A stretch of DNA of 64,000 nucleotides from contig OX597816.1 of assembly GCA_951406725.2 (NCBI GenBank), forward strand, positions 63,798,001-63,862,000, given 5' to 3'. Shown here piece after piece: positions 1 through 14,265 of this stretch (within the stretch, counting starts at the first letter, position 1; the number at the start of each line of letters is the position of its first letter). Made by a program: the position numbers and the translations under genes. The notes beneath the pieces are model-generated. The model had not been told where the DNA came from. It made no database searches and was given only the letters and a program-made list of their open reading frames with translations. The DNA comes from Octopus vulgaris. Taxonomy: Eukaryota.

Positions 1-259
1 AACAAGATTATCAGTTATTTTTTTTACAGTGAAAATATTTTTTTACCGTTTGGAAAACTTACTTTTAGAAACTACACTGTTGCTTGATAAATTTTTTCCG
101 TCTCGTAGAAGATTCCGAAGATAATATTCCATCCGGTAAAATTTCTTCAACGTTCTAGTAGCAAAATTCAGCATGCTATAGCATAAAGTTTATTCATTGT
201 TACCAAAAGTATGAAATAGTTTACGTTAAGTAATGTAGTTTGCGTTAAGTAATATTTAT

Positions 260-1060
260 TTCCAATTTTGGCACAAGGCCAGCAATGTGGGGGAGGGGAC
301 AAGTCGATTGCATCACCTCCAGTGTTTACCTGGTACACATTTTATCGACCCCCGAGAGGATGAAAGGCAAAGTTGACCTCGGCCGGATTTGAACTCAAAA
401 TGTAAAGAGGGACGAAATACCTATTTCTTTATTAACCACAAGGGGCTAAACATAGCAGAGACAACAAGGGCAGACACGGATTAAGTCGATTATATCGACC
501 ACACTGCGTAAATGGTACTTATTTAATCGACTCCGAAAGGATGAAAGGCAAAGTCGACCTCGGCGGAATTTGAACCTAGAACGTAACGGCAGACGGAATA
601 CGGCTTTGCATTTCGCCCGGCGTGCTAACGTTTCTGCCAGCTCGCCACCTTTCGGAGGAACGAAATACCGCTAAGCATTTTGCTCGGCGTGCTAACAATT
701 CTGCCAGTCTGCAAGCTTATAGATGTTTAGTAAAACTGGGTTCAAATGTTGTTAGAAAGCCAGCAGGTCTTGGGGAGATGCTAAGTCGATTAAATCGACC
801 CCAGGGTTCAAATGGTACTCATTTCATCGACCCCGAAAAGAATGAAAGGCAAAGTCGAACCCGGCGGAGTTTGTTGGCACAAGGCTTGCAGGTTTTAGGG
901 AAGGATGTAAGTCGATTAAATCGATCCCAGTTCCCATTTTATCGACCCCGATAGGTATGAAAGGCAAAATCGAAACCGGTGGACTGGGAACTCAGAGCGA
1001 AAAGACGGATGAAATGCCGTTAATCTTATTAGCTGGCGTACAAATGACTGCCAGTTTGCC
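260..1060 (-). mobile_element. Cluster of nested, degenerate SINE family B copies
   Basis: Repeated tcgacccc.aaaggatgaaaggcaaagtcgacc.cggcggaatttgaac core; the best copy is 421-650. Confidence 0.8.
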
Positions 1061-1533
1061 ATACTGATATTTAGTAATAGCAGAAGCTATTAATACTCAC
1101 TTCGTATTCTATGTATTGTTTACTGACACCACGTTAACAATTAATAAAACGCTTTATATAATTTTATAATAATCATTATCCAAAAGATTAAAATAATTAC
1201 TTTACCTTTATTATTTGGCATCATTTTATGTTTTCGCTGCTGGTACTTTTACTCTTCTTCTTTGCTTAAGAGCAATAACGTGAACACATATTTACTTCGT
1301 CTTTTTTTTATATTCTGTTTTGTTTCAGAAACAGAATATGACCTACATTATTATTTTTTAATTTTAGATTTAGTGTGAAATATCGTGAATTAATATGATA
1401 CGTATGTGCAAAAACCATTTAAAGTCTCCCATAAAATATAAATCATTCTAAACTGTTACACTAAAACGGTAAAATTCTAATATTCTCTTCAAGGTAACAT
1501 TAGAAGACTTGACTTTTAGTACGTCTACCTCAT

Positions 1534-1598
<65 letters not shown>

Positions 1599-1928
1599 TA
1601 TATATATACATATACATATATATGTGTATGTGGAGGCGCAACGGCTAGGGAAGCAGACTCGCGGTCGTAGGATCACGATTTCCCAGACCGGGCGCTGTGA
1701 GTGTTTGTTGAGCGAAAACACCTAAAGCTCCACGAGGCTTCGGCAAGGGGTGGTGGCGTTCCCTGGTGTATTTTTTTTACCACAACTTCCTCTCACTCTT
1801 TTTTCTGTTGGCCTGCTCACTTAGCCAGCGGGGTGACGTTATTTGAAGGCTAAAACAATGCGAAGCGCATTGTGACCAGCGATGTAGAGCAACATCTGAT
1901 AGCCTGGTCGGTCACGGTGATCAAGGTG

Positions 1929-1983
<55 letters not shown>

Positions 1984-4300
1984 TCACAACATACAGGAGG
2001 TAGACGTACTAAAAATGAAAAGTCTTCAAATGTATATATACAAATTTCTGTCTCACTGCGTGGCACAAAGGGCACCAAAACCTTGTAAGTGAACTTGATA
2101 GAGATAAAGTGAAAGAAGCCAAGTGCATGCATATATGTGTGTGTGTGTGCGTGTGTGTATGCATGTGCGTGTATGTATGTGTGTCTTTGTGTATGTGTTT
2201 GTCTTCTACCACCTCCTGAGAACTGATGCTGGTGTGTTTACGTGCGCCTGATGTAGCACGCCAGCATAAGTAACCGATATAAGGATTACCAAGTTGTACA
2301 AAATAGTTAATGAGTACTGGATTCGACTCCTTCGACTAAAATTCTGCAAGGTGTTATCCCGGCATGGCCGTAGTCTAATGACTGAAACATAATTCATAAA
2401 CGATAAAAGACAAGCATTTCTAAATGGACACTTTTAGCGTTTTTTACAGTATGCAGATAGTGCATGAATCCTTTTCTTTTATCGTTGTATCCTCGTTAAA
2501 TCTCCATCCTTTCTCATAAGTTGCAGGTCGTTTCTCCTTTATATTTGTTGGTGATATCCCTACACTAACATTCTATGCATACAAAGCAATGCAACGCATT
2601 TCTTCTTTTGCAGTTTATTTGTACGTTGATTGTACACAGTTTTTGCCAGTGTGACGTGTTTTCTAAATGTACACAGTTTTTACCGGTGCAAAGTGTTTCC
2701 TTTAACTTCTGTGACTGAACTAATGGGGACTTGATGCCTCTGTCTGTTTTTACTACTTCACTAATATTAAGTTCTCTTTCATGCAGCGCTTGTCCTTTTT
2801 TTTCTATTTTGTGGAACAATTTATGTCTAGGTGAAGCATCGCTGAAGTTCTCCTGTCTAGCGTTTGAATGTTGTTAACAATCTCTTCCAAAAAATGCTCC
2901 TCTACATGGAGCACAGTAAATGTTGGCATAACACCATGACCTATATACAAGAAAGGACCCACTGTTCTGATGTAAAGTTTGCAGAAAACTGAAGAGGATA
3001 TAGTGAACAGAAGCAAGTATCAACATTCTGTCAACATGACATACAAAAATAATTTGTATTGATAATGTGGAAGTAAAGCTTCCGCCCAGATATCCATATG
3101 ACACAATATTAAGAAAAAAATATGGAGGCTGTACAACTACAAAAAGACGCCTATACACTCTGTGAAAGAAAAAAACCCAAAAAACAAACGGTGCAACTAT
3201 ATTCTCTTAGCCAGAATAAAGATACATTAAAACAAAAACCAACTCATATCAACCACACACGCGTATATTTCCTTATGTTAGCAACATCAAAGGAAAAGTA
3301 AATATATTAAGCAAATAAATATACAAATAACTATGCTTACACGCTTGCCTTAGAGATATAATACAACACAAGAAATTCAGTTACAAAATCTAAATCATCA
3401 TTTCGAAAATCTATGTCTATTAATAAAGTTACAGAGATGAAATGAAGAAAACATTTTAGTTACAGAAAAAATATAAACGACAACAGATGAGTGTGTTTAT
3501 ACGCTCTAATGACATGATTTTCTCCAGTACAACAAGTATGTACTTATACATACTTTCATCCATACATGCATACGTACATACAAGCATACATACACACACA
3601 AAAAATGAAATGATGAGAAACAGAAAATGGAATTCACGAAACATTTTTTTATTCAGAATCACTAAGATCGTTTCGACACATCATGCATCTTTACCTCACA
3701 GGTGAGGTGCTGTTCAATCAATTGTCATGCATTATAGGTATAGATGCGTCTCCCCAGGTGACCTTTCAAAAATTACCTTGTTTTTTACTTGGCGTTTCGC
3801 TCATTTCAATACATTTTAGTTATAAGAATACATTTTAGTTCGCGTAGCATTCCATCCGTCTCTATAATGAATTGAGACAGAATGAAAGAATTCTTTTCGT
3901 ATACGCAATAAAACCATAAAAGAATGCAATAAGGTATATACATACATATGTGTGTATATGCGTGTGTGAGTGTGTGTGTGTACACAATAATGCATACATA
4001 TGTATGTATAATTTAGATTAATATATACTTATAAATGCATAAATGTATGTATTAACCTAAACTATTTCTTCACACACTACAATACACATTCATATGCACA
4101 CACATATAAATATAAATGCATACATGCACACAGACATATGAAACAGGCAGCATTGTTGTGGTATTCATACGTATGTATGTACCATAGGGTTGTATGACAC
4201 TATATGAATACGTATCCCTGGCATTAAAAGAAGTCTGATATACACCTGGAAATATACTGACACCTGTGTTCCGTTGAACTGTAAATATTCACACATATAA

Positions 4301-4712
4301 AGGCGGGGAACTGGCGGAAACGTTAGCATGCCGGGCGAAATGCTTAGCAATACTTCGTCTACCGCTACGTTCTGAGTTCAAATTCCGCCGAGGTCGACTT
4401 TGCCTTTCATCCTTTCGGGGTCGATTAAATAAGTACCAGTTACGTACTGGGGTCGATATAATCGACTTATTCCGTTTGTCTGTCCTTGTTTGTCTGTCCT
4501 TGTTTGTCCTCTCTGTGCTTAGCCCCTCGTGGGTAGTAAAGAAATAGGTACTTCGTCTGCTGTTACGTTCTGAGTTCAAATTCCGCCGAGGTCGTCTTTG
4601 CCTTTCATCCTTTCGGGGTCGAAAAATTAAGTACCAGTTGCGTACTGAGGTCGATCTAATCGACTGGCCGCCTTCTCCAATATTCGGGCTTTGTGCCTAG
4701 ATTAGAAAAGAA
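4301..4712 (+). mobile_element. tRNA-derived SINE family B (dimer-like)
   Basis: ggcggggaactggcggaaacgttagca...gagttcaaattccgccgaggtcgactttgcctttcatcctttcggggtcgat. Related copies at 260-1060 (-), 11050-11235, 12180-12380, 12722-12935, 16620-17290, 52275-52800 and 58093-58325. Confidence 0.85.
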
Positions 4713-4904
4713 TATTCACACCTTTAGCTTTATCATTTCACCGACTGCTGGTATTGACCAAAATTCGTTTTACTCTTCACGCTCGACAAATAAGAATAGA
4801 ATAAATGGAAGTGGATTTCAGAATTATTTCATTTGTTTCACCGTGTAAACCACATGATCTTTTTTCTCCTTGTTTCAAGTTATCGTCCTCGGAATCACAT
4901 TTAG

Positions 4905-5083
4905 GCATAGAAGTGGCTGTGTGGTAAGTAGCTTGCTTACGAACCACATGGTTCCGGGTTCTGTCCCACTGTATGGCACCTTCGGCAAGTGTCTTCTACT
5001 ATAGCCTCTGGTCGACCAAAGCCTTGTGAGTGGATTTGGTAGACGGAAACTGAAAGAAGCCCGGCGTATATATGTATATATGC

Positions 5084-5115
<32 letters not shown>

Positions 5116-5312
5116 TTGTCCCCTAACATCGCTTGACAACCGATGCTGGTGTGTTTACGTCCCCGTAACTTGGCGGTTCGGCAAAAGAGACCGATAGAAT
5201 AAGTACTAGGCTTACAAAGAATATGTCCTGGGGTCGATTTGATCGACTAAAGGCGGTGCTCCAGCATGGCCACAGTCAAATGACTGAAACAAGTAAAAGA
5301 GTAAAAGAGTAA
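4905..5312 (+). mobile_element. tRNA-derived SINE family A (internal (TA)/(TG) microsatellite)
   Basis: Head gtggctgtgtggtaagtagcttgc...ggttccgggttc and tail ggcggtgctccagcatggcc.cagtcaaatgactgaaacaagtaaaagag. Other copies at 24252-24609 (-), 30899-31298 (+) and 56845-57445 (+). Confidence 0.85.
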
Positions 5313-5444
5313 ACTACTGGATTATTAAATATTTTGTAGTTGAGTACATATTTATTAAACTTCTACACATACACATACATACATACATACATACATACAT
5401 ACATACATACATACATACATACATACATGCATACATACATGTAT

Positions 5445-5972
5445 ACGGTTGTGGATATTAGCTGTGAAGCGGATGTTAATATAAAGCTGAATATCAGTGA
5501 AAAAGAGAACACCTACTTTGAACTATTGACAAATCTGCAATCATTCTATCCAGATTACAAACCCAGGTTTATGCCTGTAATTATTGGTGCCTAGGGATAT
5601 GTAACACACTGCTAAAATACCAATGTTGAGAAATTAAGCTTCTTAAAACCAGAAAGGAGAAAGCTAATTGGAAGACTACAGATCTAATCCATCAGTGGAA
5701 CTGTAAATATCTGTAAAATTTTTCCAGAGGTTTACCATTTAGTATGTTAGTATGCCTAGATATGTAAGTATATATATATGTAAGTATATGCATGAGAATA
5801 TGTGCATAAATGACAGAATACAAATCTGTACATATACATACTACATATCAACAAAAATACCCTGTTGATGATGTTGACATTCCAATGAAAGAGCTTCAGA
5901 TCTAGGCTAAGAACCGACTCTTCCTCTATTGACAAGGCATCGTGAAATAAGACAACAAGACTGGACAACGAC
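5445..5972 (+). mobile_element. 3' fragment of a divergent RLE non-LTR retrotransposon within (CATA)n
   Basis: TVVDISCEADVNIKLNISEKENTYFELL...FMPVIIGALGYV matches the RLE C-terminal pattern (D..C, K...Y, P.IIGALG). Begins right after (CATA)n and ends into acatacat. Confidence 0.72.
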
Positions 5973-5991
5973 ATACATATGCATTTATGTA

Positions 5992-6043
<52 letters not shown>

Positions 6044-6802
6044 GTTTTTGGATTTGGTTTGCAATACTATTGAAAAGGTTGCCAGGCGCAACGAAAATTT
6101 TAGGAAAATAAAAATAAGAAATAAGTGGAAATTTTACCGGTCAGTATGTTACATTATAAGGCACAAAAAGAAAATGACTCTACCCAGACACAACAGTATA
6201 TATATATATATAAATATATATGTATATATATATGTATATGTATATATATATGTATATATTCACATATATACAGTGTGTGTGTGTCTTCCATCCAGATAAA
6301 GATCGGTGAATATTCGGTCCCCTTCGAAGGAAATCATTGCATGAGATTCAGTGTGTTCTCTTGTGACTATCACAATTGCAAAACGCTTGACCGGTTTGAA
6401 ACATGAAATTTGTGGCTAAACAGGATTATTTCTCGATACAATTTCGTGCGATCGACATCGTGTTACTTAGAAAGGTTGAATACGTGATTTCTTAATTCGA
6501 TATATATTGAGCCTTTCGCCAAACATCGCGAAATTATTGCCTTTAAGTTAATCAATATGAAGTCTTAATAACATCGGCAGGTTGACATAAGGTCTGCGTA
6601 GTCTGTTTCAAGAGCGGTAATGCCGTGTTGTTAAGGCAGTTTTAAAGTGTTTTCTGTCAGGTTAAATGTGATGTGGTATCCTAACTGACATTTGCTTTTC
6701 ATTTGGCAAACTATCACAGAGTGCAGCAATGCAAAAGTTATCTTTCTTTCAGCCGCAGTCATTATCCCACTGGCCATAGTTTCTAATAACTGTCCTACAA
6801 AG

Positions 6803-6846
<44 letters not shown>

Positions 6847-7153
6847 CTGCAGCTTCTCACACGGTAAAGCCAACATCATAAAGGTACATGATGCAAGAAT
6901 GCTGCTTTGACATCAGCAGAGAATAGGACCAACTTGATATTGCCTCAGAGAAAAGATTGACATATTTGATAATTAAAAGCGGTGTATGAAACACCATTAG
7001 ACTTCACAGTCCAGTGTCATTCCTCATCGCTCTACTTCTCTTCAATCCATAACCATCGTTGTCGTCGTCATCCTCCTCCTCTTCCTCCACCACCACCACC
7101 ACCACCACCACCTCCAACAACAACAACAGATAAATAGATACACACACACGCAC

Positions 7154-7248
<95 letters not shown>

Positions 7249-7299
7249 TTTTATTCACCTAACTTCAAGCTGCGCGGACAATACCAGACTGACTTGAAA

Positions 7300-7685
7300 A
7301 TAAACAACTTCAATCTATGTTCTCTGCTTTGCTCGTTTATATTGCATAACACGAATATCTTTTCCACAAGGATCTACCTCTCCGAAAAACTTTCCTGTTT
7401 CTCTCTCAAGACAGCAACAAACTCTCTCTTTAATCCATTTAGCAAGACACTGCAAACACATTCCTTGGCACGGGTTACAGTGCAACGCAACACCAATTGT
7501 TACAGTCAGCCATATTACCATTTCTTTACGAGTGGAACCGCCATTACATGCCTCCAATCTTCTGGTAATTCCTACTGTCAGATATTGTATAAATGCTTTC
7601 CTGCCAAGCTTCCAGCAGTTGGACAGGTATCTCATCCATTGTAGCTGCTTTGTTCTCGACCTGCAATTTACTTTGTCTAATTTTA
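7300..7685 (-). mobile_element. Decayed RTE-type LINE reverse-transcriptase fragment
   Basis: NKAATMDEIPVQLL; ELPEDWRHVMAVPLVKK / GNMADCNNW..VAL.PVP; VLLNGLKREFVAVLREKQESF. Confidence 0.75.
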
Positions 7686-7692
7686 GTAAGCA

Positions 7693-8056
7693 CTAGCACA
7701 TTGAACCGGCAACACCGGGTTATAGTGCTAGTGCATGCATATACAGCTGCGTGCGTGCGCACATACAAGCGAGTACTGTCCAAATCTCCGATCAATCACA
7801 TACAGCTAGCTGGAATTCAATTGGCGTATCAACTTTCGGGCATTTTGATTGGGTTTTGGATAGAAAATTCACAAATAAGTCACTTCTATTGATTTTTTAA
7901 TGGCTTTGCGGGGTGACTGGGGACATGTAAAGATGTGCACGACCACCCTTGGACGGTTTTAAATGACCATAGAAAGTGCGAGCCCACTAAGTAAAAAATT
8001 GTGGATTTGTATAAAGGACACACACACGGATATTTTGCCGTTTATATATATATAGA
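7693..8056 (-). mobile_element. Non-autonomous Helitron
   Basis: On the minus strand it begins A|TCTATATATATATAAACGG and ends with the hairpin CCGG-TGTTG-CCGG, then TTCAATGTG-CTAG|T. Inserted between A and T. Confidence 0.7.
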
Positions 8057-9267
8057 TTTTATTCCGTGAGGAGTTGAACAACATGGAATTAAAGGCCTTG
8101 CTCAAGGACATAAAGTATTCTCCCGTCTGGAAATTGAACTCATGACTTTTACTTACTGCTATAGCAACTAAGCAACGCGTCGCCTTCTCATACATACGTA
8201 AACACACGTATGAAGAAGACAAAGGAGGGAGTGCAGAGATTAAAGTAGTAATGGAGAAACAGTGAGACAAGGAGAAAGACAAATATAAAAATTATAAACA
8301 TATTCTTTAAAAAGTCGTCAATACATATCGTCACATGGATCAGTAATTAGATATATGTCATAAGTATCGAGCTAATAAAATATCATTAATTTAATTTTGT
8401 TTTATTATTAAATATATAATTGAAACCAATTTCCTGCCTTCGCAGACACGAAGAATTTTTTTTTTTTTTTTTTTTTTTGGAATAATAAGAACAAGCACAA
8501 TGACCTACTAGCAGGCGAACAGAATATTTTCTTGTTTCGAATTGAAATACTTTTTTTTCTCAATTATTTTAACAAACCATTATTTAATAAAGAAAATGTA
8601 TATCAGTTTTCGAAATTTTCTAAGTTCTTGTCTGCTTTAACACCTTTTTCGTTTTGGTTTACTATCTCTGCTACGCTTGTTCCCACCTCGCTTATTCGGA
8701 TTGCTACTTTTATATTCTTTGCTTTTTTTTTAACTGCCTTTTGTTTATATCTCATTCAATTACATTCCCTCATATTTCTTTTTACTTTACTCTGCACTTT
8801 ATATTTTCAATTTAATTTTTATATAGTTAAGTATCACTCGCTTTCTTTGTCATATAACTTCCTCATTAGATCTCTCTCTCTTCCCCATTTCTCACCTTCT
8901 CTCACTCTCTCCTATTTCTCGCCATCTCTCTCTCTCTCTCTGTATTTCCTCTCGTGTTATCTTCTACTTCTGTTCCTCCTTCGATTTTTCAGTTATATTT
9001 TTATCAAGATTTTCTCGAGTAGAAGACACATGAAGATGTGTCATATGATGTGTATCCTTGTTTCCATTTTAATTGCTTGCATATTCTTATAGCGTTTCTC
9101 CACAATAACTCTATAAATTTTGGTAAGCACTTCTAATTTGTTCAGTTATATTAAATTCTACATTTTAAATTGAGATATTTCAGAAAGTGAAGAATATTAG
9201 AAATTGGTAAACTTTTTTTTAGTCTGCTGCAAAGTTTTCTTTTATATTTCCTAAGATATTATTGGGC

Positions 9268-9430
9268 GGGGGCGCGTCGCTTAGTGGTTAGGGTGTCAGC
9301 ATAATGATCGTAAGATTGTGGTTTCGATTCCTGGACCGGGCGACGCGTTGTGTTCTTGAGCAAAACACTTCATTTCATGTTGCTCCAGTCCACTCAGCTG
9401 GCAAAAATGAGTAACGCTGCGATGGATTGC
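9268..9430 (+). mobile_element. tRNA-derived SINE family D (CORE-like)
   Basis: A box gcttagtggttagg, B box ggtttcgattcc, then tgtgttcttgagcaaaacacttcatttca..ttgctccagtccactcagctg. Related copies at about 16050-16215 (-), 42880-43180 and 55805-56110. Confidence 0.7.
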
Positions 9431-9763
9431 TGTCTCCAATGAAGTATATCTGATCAGAAACCTTTTACTTACTTCTTTGAATTACCTCAGGATATAACAT
9501 TGAATATAGTACAAAAGTATTATTCATTATTTATATATAACTTCATATGTGTTAAATTACTAAAATATATTGAATAGTAATTCCCGATACTTTACGAATT
9601 TGATATGACCAAACACACATATAAATCTATTTATTGCAGAAATGATCGATGCGTCAATTTATAATTAAAACAATAACCCTAAAGACCTTGTCATTTTTAA
9701 TCTAGACCTTAACTGTATCACAATTTTTAGTGCTCTAAAGAAGGAAAATATGTATTGGATTTA

Positions 9764-10249
9764 CAGTGATCCCTCGTTTATCGCAGTAGATTGGTTCCGA
9801 GACCGGCCGCGATAACTGAATTTCTGCGAAGTAGGGACACCATATTTACAGTACTTATTTAACGTGTATTTGGACTTTTAAACTCCAAACATCCCACCCA
9901 TTACAGCAGTCTATTTATAACAAGGACAACTGTGAAGCAATAACACTTTAGATTTTTAAAAGTAAAGATTGTTACAATTACACAGGCCAGATTACAAAAT
10001 AGAAAGCTGCGATTCGTCGTCTCTCCCCATTGCACCAACCACAGCCCGTCGTAAGTTCAAATACTCCAGTAAATGCTTTTTTGCTATTTTACGCTTGTTT
10101 TGTTGTTACTAGACTAGGAAATGATATTTATTATTAATATTTTAATGGATTTAATGAAAAACTTTAGGCATTCATATATATATATATTTTAAAAATCACG
10201 AAGTCGTGAATCCGCGATAGTTGAACCGCGAAGTAGCGAGGGATCACTG
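9764..10249. mobile_element. Tigger/pogo-like MITE
   Basis: TIRs CAGTGATCCCTCG...CGAGGGATCACTG, flanked by TA on both sides (9762-63 and 10250-51). Confidence 0.88.
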
Positions 10250-12402
10250 TATTTATGTTTTTGAAGTCGTTAAACGTTACAAACAAAACGGGTGAGTTAA
10301 AACATCGTAAATTCAAGTTATAAAATTCACAGGGGTTGCTGAGTTGGAAAACGTGTCTCTCTCTCTGATGGAACCATGTGGAACCTGCCAGAGTAATGAA
10401 AAAAGGAGAAAAACGAAGGACATAACTTTAGAGCAATTGTACCATGGCTGGATCGGCATTTTGGAGGTAAAGAACAAAACTATTTGACTCTGTCTTCCCA
10501 GATTGCAACACAAAAGCCACCACATTTTTCTCGAACAATTAATGATAGATGCGCAAGCAGCAGAAACTATACACTAACGTTTTTGTATATTGAAATTGTT
10601 GTCTGCATATAACTTACCTAATTAAACCTAGAAGTCGTATAACTCAACTTGACATTTTCATATATTGAAAAAGCTGTATGTCTACACCTTATCTGATTAA
10701 AACTACATAAATATACTCAAATTTAATATTCTTCGTTTGTAACTCATTAAAATTTTATGTCGTATCTCAGGTTGATGTACAGATTAATTTGATTGGTTTT
10801 GTATTACAGGAAGATTTCACATCAAATTTTAAAATATATTTTTCCTCAAAAGTGGCCTTGTGTAGTTATGTCTTCAGTTTATTAGCAACGGTATCAAGAA
10901 ACAGATCACATTTCGAAATAAATTTTCAAGCTATTTTATATGACTTCAATATTATATGTACCGATTGTAAACGTAAACTTATCTATAAGGTATGAAGCAA
11001 TGAAAAGACCTCTGTGCGTTTGCTATACGTGTTAGTAATAATAACTTCGAATTTTGGCACAAGGCCAGCACATTTTTAAGGGGAGGATAAATCGGCCGTT
11101 CTACTTACTAATTTTATCGTCATCAAAATGATGAAATGCAAAGTCGACCACGGCGAAATTTGAACTGAGAACGTAAAGACGGAGAAAAAGCTGTTGAGTA
11201 TTTTGTTCAACGTGCTAACGGTTCTGCGAGCTCACCTATATCAATAACCAAGCTCTTTAAAATCTCATCCAACCATTTTAAAATAAGAAGTAAAACAAAA
11301 CTAAATAACGTAGCTGTATATATACCACGTCTTAAAAATAACGTTAGGTGAGATGATCACAGTTTGAAAGTCGGTATATTAAGGTGTTCTTGATCAGACC
11401 TAATACAGTGATAAAATACAATACCTAGAACAATTAAAACGGCTAATTAATGAAGGATCGTATTTATAGTCTTTCTTCATACAAGAAGTAGCTGCTAAAT
11501 TTCTCTCATAAAACGCATCACCACTTTTAACAAGTAGAGAAAATATTTCGATAGGTTATGTCTATTACGTGTGAACTAGGCACAGTCGTGGCCAAAGCGT
11601 CTTTGATCATATGATTGCTGAATCAAAACTACCCTGATTCAGAATTGAGCCAAAGAAAGAACATTTATCTGGTTACTTCAGAGTCATAAAAATAGTTGCC
11701 AAATATTTCTCGAATGAGACTTTATCATTTTAAATACGTATGAGGTCTCATGAATAGCATAGCCTTAGAGGGATTCTCACGGACTGAGTTATTTTTTAGA
11801 ATAGGTCTGATCACTCAAGCTAAACTACGTCTTAACTTCTACACTCGCGAATCAACAGATTAGTTTTTTTAAAAATTTATTTGCACGATCTAATAGCAAA
11901 AGTAGTCACGTTTCCCTCAAGTTATATTCAAACGCCGAAACAAAATAGAGAAGGCAGTTGGTTTATACCATCCTTGTTGAAGCATGTCAGGAAAAAAAAA
12001 TCATGAAATCACAAAGGGTGAAGGAACATTCACAATAGGGTTTCAACCAGCAGTGCTGATTTGGGGGTTCAACAATGAACGCAATAACAATAACAACAAA
12101 GCGACAACAATATGAATAACAACAATAGAACCAAAACTAAACAACGGAGGTAAACAGCAGTAACAGCCCTTGTAATACTGGTTTCAAATATTGGCACATG
12201 GTCAGCGTTAAGTCGATTACATCGACCGAAGAACGACAACTAGTACTTATTTTAACGATCACCAAGAAGTAGAAAGGCAAAGTGGATCTCGGTAGAATTT
12301 GAACTCAGAACGTGAAACCGGACAAAATGCCGCTAAGCGTTTTGCACGGCAAGCTAACGATTTTGCCAGCCCACCGCATTAAACTATTCTAATATTTAAA
12401 GT

Positions 12403-12710
12403 GTGGAGGCACATGTCCTAGTGGTTAGAGCAGTGGACTCGCGGTCGAGGGATCACGGGGTCGAATCTCAGACCGAGCGATGTGTATGCTTATGAGCGAA
12501 ACACCTAAGCTCCACGCAGCTCCGGCAGAAGGTAATTGCGAACTTCTGCTGACTCTTTCGCCACAACTTTCTCTCACTCTTTCCTCCTGCATCTTGCAGC
12601 TCACCTGCGACGGACGGCGTCCCGTTCAGGTGGGGAACCTATACGCCAAGAAAACCAGGAAACCGGCTCTATGAGCCAGATGTGGCTCGAGAAGGAACAA
12701 ACAACAATAT
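12403..12710 (+). mobile_element. tRNA-derived SINE family C
   Basis: gtggaggcacatg.cctagtggttagagcag.ggactcgcggtcg...gagaaggaacaaacaac. Copies at 1630-1920 (+), 40790-41067 (-), 53899-54195 (-) and 57767-58070 (+). Confidence 0.85.
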
Positions 12711-13663
12711 TTACAGTAGCTAAGGCGATGAAGTGACAGAATTGTAAGCACGCTGAGCCAAATGCTTAGCGGCGTTTCGTCCGTGTTTACGTTTTGAGTT
12801 CAATCTCTGCCGAAGTCGACTTTGCTTTCGTACTTTCACGCTGGATAAAATAACTACCACTTCAGCACTGGGTTCCATGTTATGGACTAACCAACTCCCC
12901 CGCAAATGCTGGCCTTGTGCCAAAATTCAAAACCAATATTTATAGTAGCTACAATGATAATACTAATAACATCAATAACAACAACACCATCAACAACAAC
13001 AGCAGGAGGAAATGTTTTAAGAACAGCAACAGCGGCAACTGCAACAATAACACAAGCACTACTACCATCAATGCAAAAAAGAAATCAGGAACAATACAAC
13101 AACAACAACAATGACAATTGACAGAACATCAAGAAGATCTGCAGCAAAAAAGCTATCGTTACTAAAACCAACACAAACAACTACACAACATGCAGTAACA
13201 AAATTTACAATAATGACTGCAGCAACGGGAACAACACCAACAACGACACCACCAACAACAATAGCTGTAACAGCAGGTCTATAACAACAACAGCAATAGT
13301 GAGAGTTAACTATTGATAATTCTAGAAAAACAAAGTAAGTGGAATCAAAATAGAAATCTAAGAGATAAATCATACACCCGTATAATTTTTTTTAATCCTT
13401 TGAATTTTGTCTATTTCGTTTTCCTTCAAGATTTTTATTTATCTCTTTTTAAGTTATTTAAATTTATCTTTTTAAATCCGAATACGTATATTTTTTTGCT
13501 TCGTTATCAGTTTTTCTGTGTTTAATTTACTTTAAATTTATTCAATTTAGTTCATATTCTTTCATTATCATTATGTGTCAATTCATTTTTCAAAGTTTCT
13601 TTTTTTCTTCTGATACATATATACATTCATTCAGGCATACATACATACAACACATGCATACAC

Positions 13664-13786
<123 letters not shown>

Positions 13787-14140
13787 CTATATGTCTGTGT
13801 GTACAATTTAATTATAAATTAAGTTTTCATGGTTTCATTTAAAAATTTCTTTAAATTCATTATCTGAATTCCATTTTACACTGAATTTTATTCTATTTTA
13901 CTTTGTATTCAAAATTTTTCTGAAGTTATTCTTTTTCTTGTATAAGGAATGTTCTAAAATGTTGCATAGTATAAATCATTGCCTTTTTGATTGCCATTTT
14001 CTCTTCCAATTTCTTATTCATGCCTTTGTATCTTATTATTTTCGACAGTCAAATTAAGTACGTCTGCATCATTAATGTAATGCCAAATTATACATGTATC
14101 TAAGTATGTATGCATGTATCCATTACGTATGTATGTATAT

Positions 14141-14265
<125 letters not shown>

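Noticed and set aside
622-954. 110-aa ORF sharing peptides (RNTAKHFARRAN, KDERQSRPR) with ORFs at 4289, 17142 and 58178
   Set aside because: The shared peptides come from the SINE family B sequence, not from a gene family.
2565-2819. Cys-rich ORF end (QINCKRRNALHCFVCIEC) resembling a piggyBac C-terminal domain
   Set aside because: No DDD core, TTAA site or TIRs found nearby, and the Cys spacing is incomplete.
4170-4272. Short minus-strand exon-like segment after tttacag
   Set aside because: Two frames are open, but there is no recognisable motif and only a weak donor site; it cannot be supported without RNA data.
8532-9092. 186-aa hydrophobic ORF
   Set aside because: Low-complexity T/C-rich sequence with no motif; likely a chance ORF.
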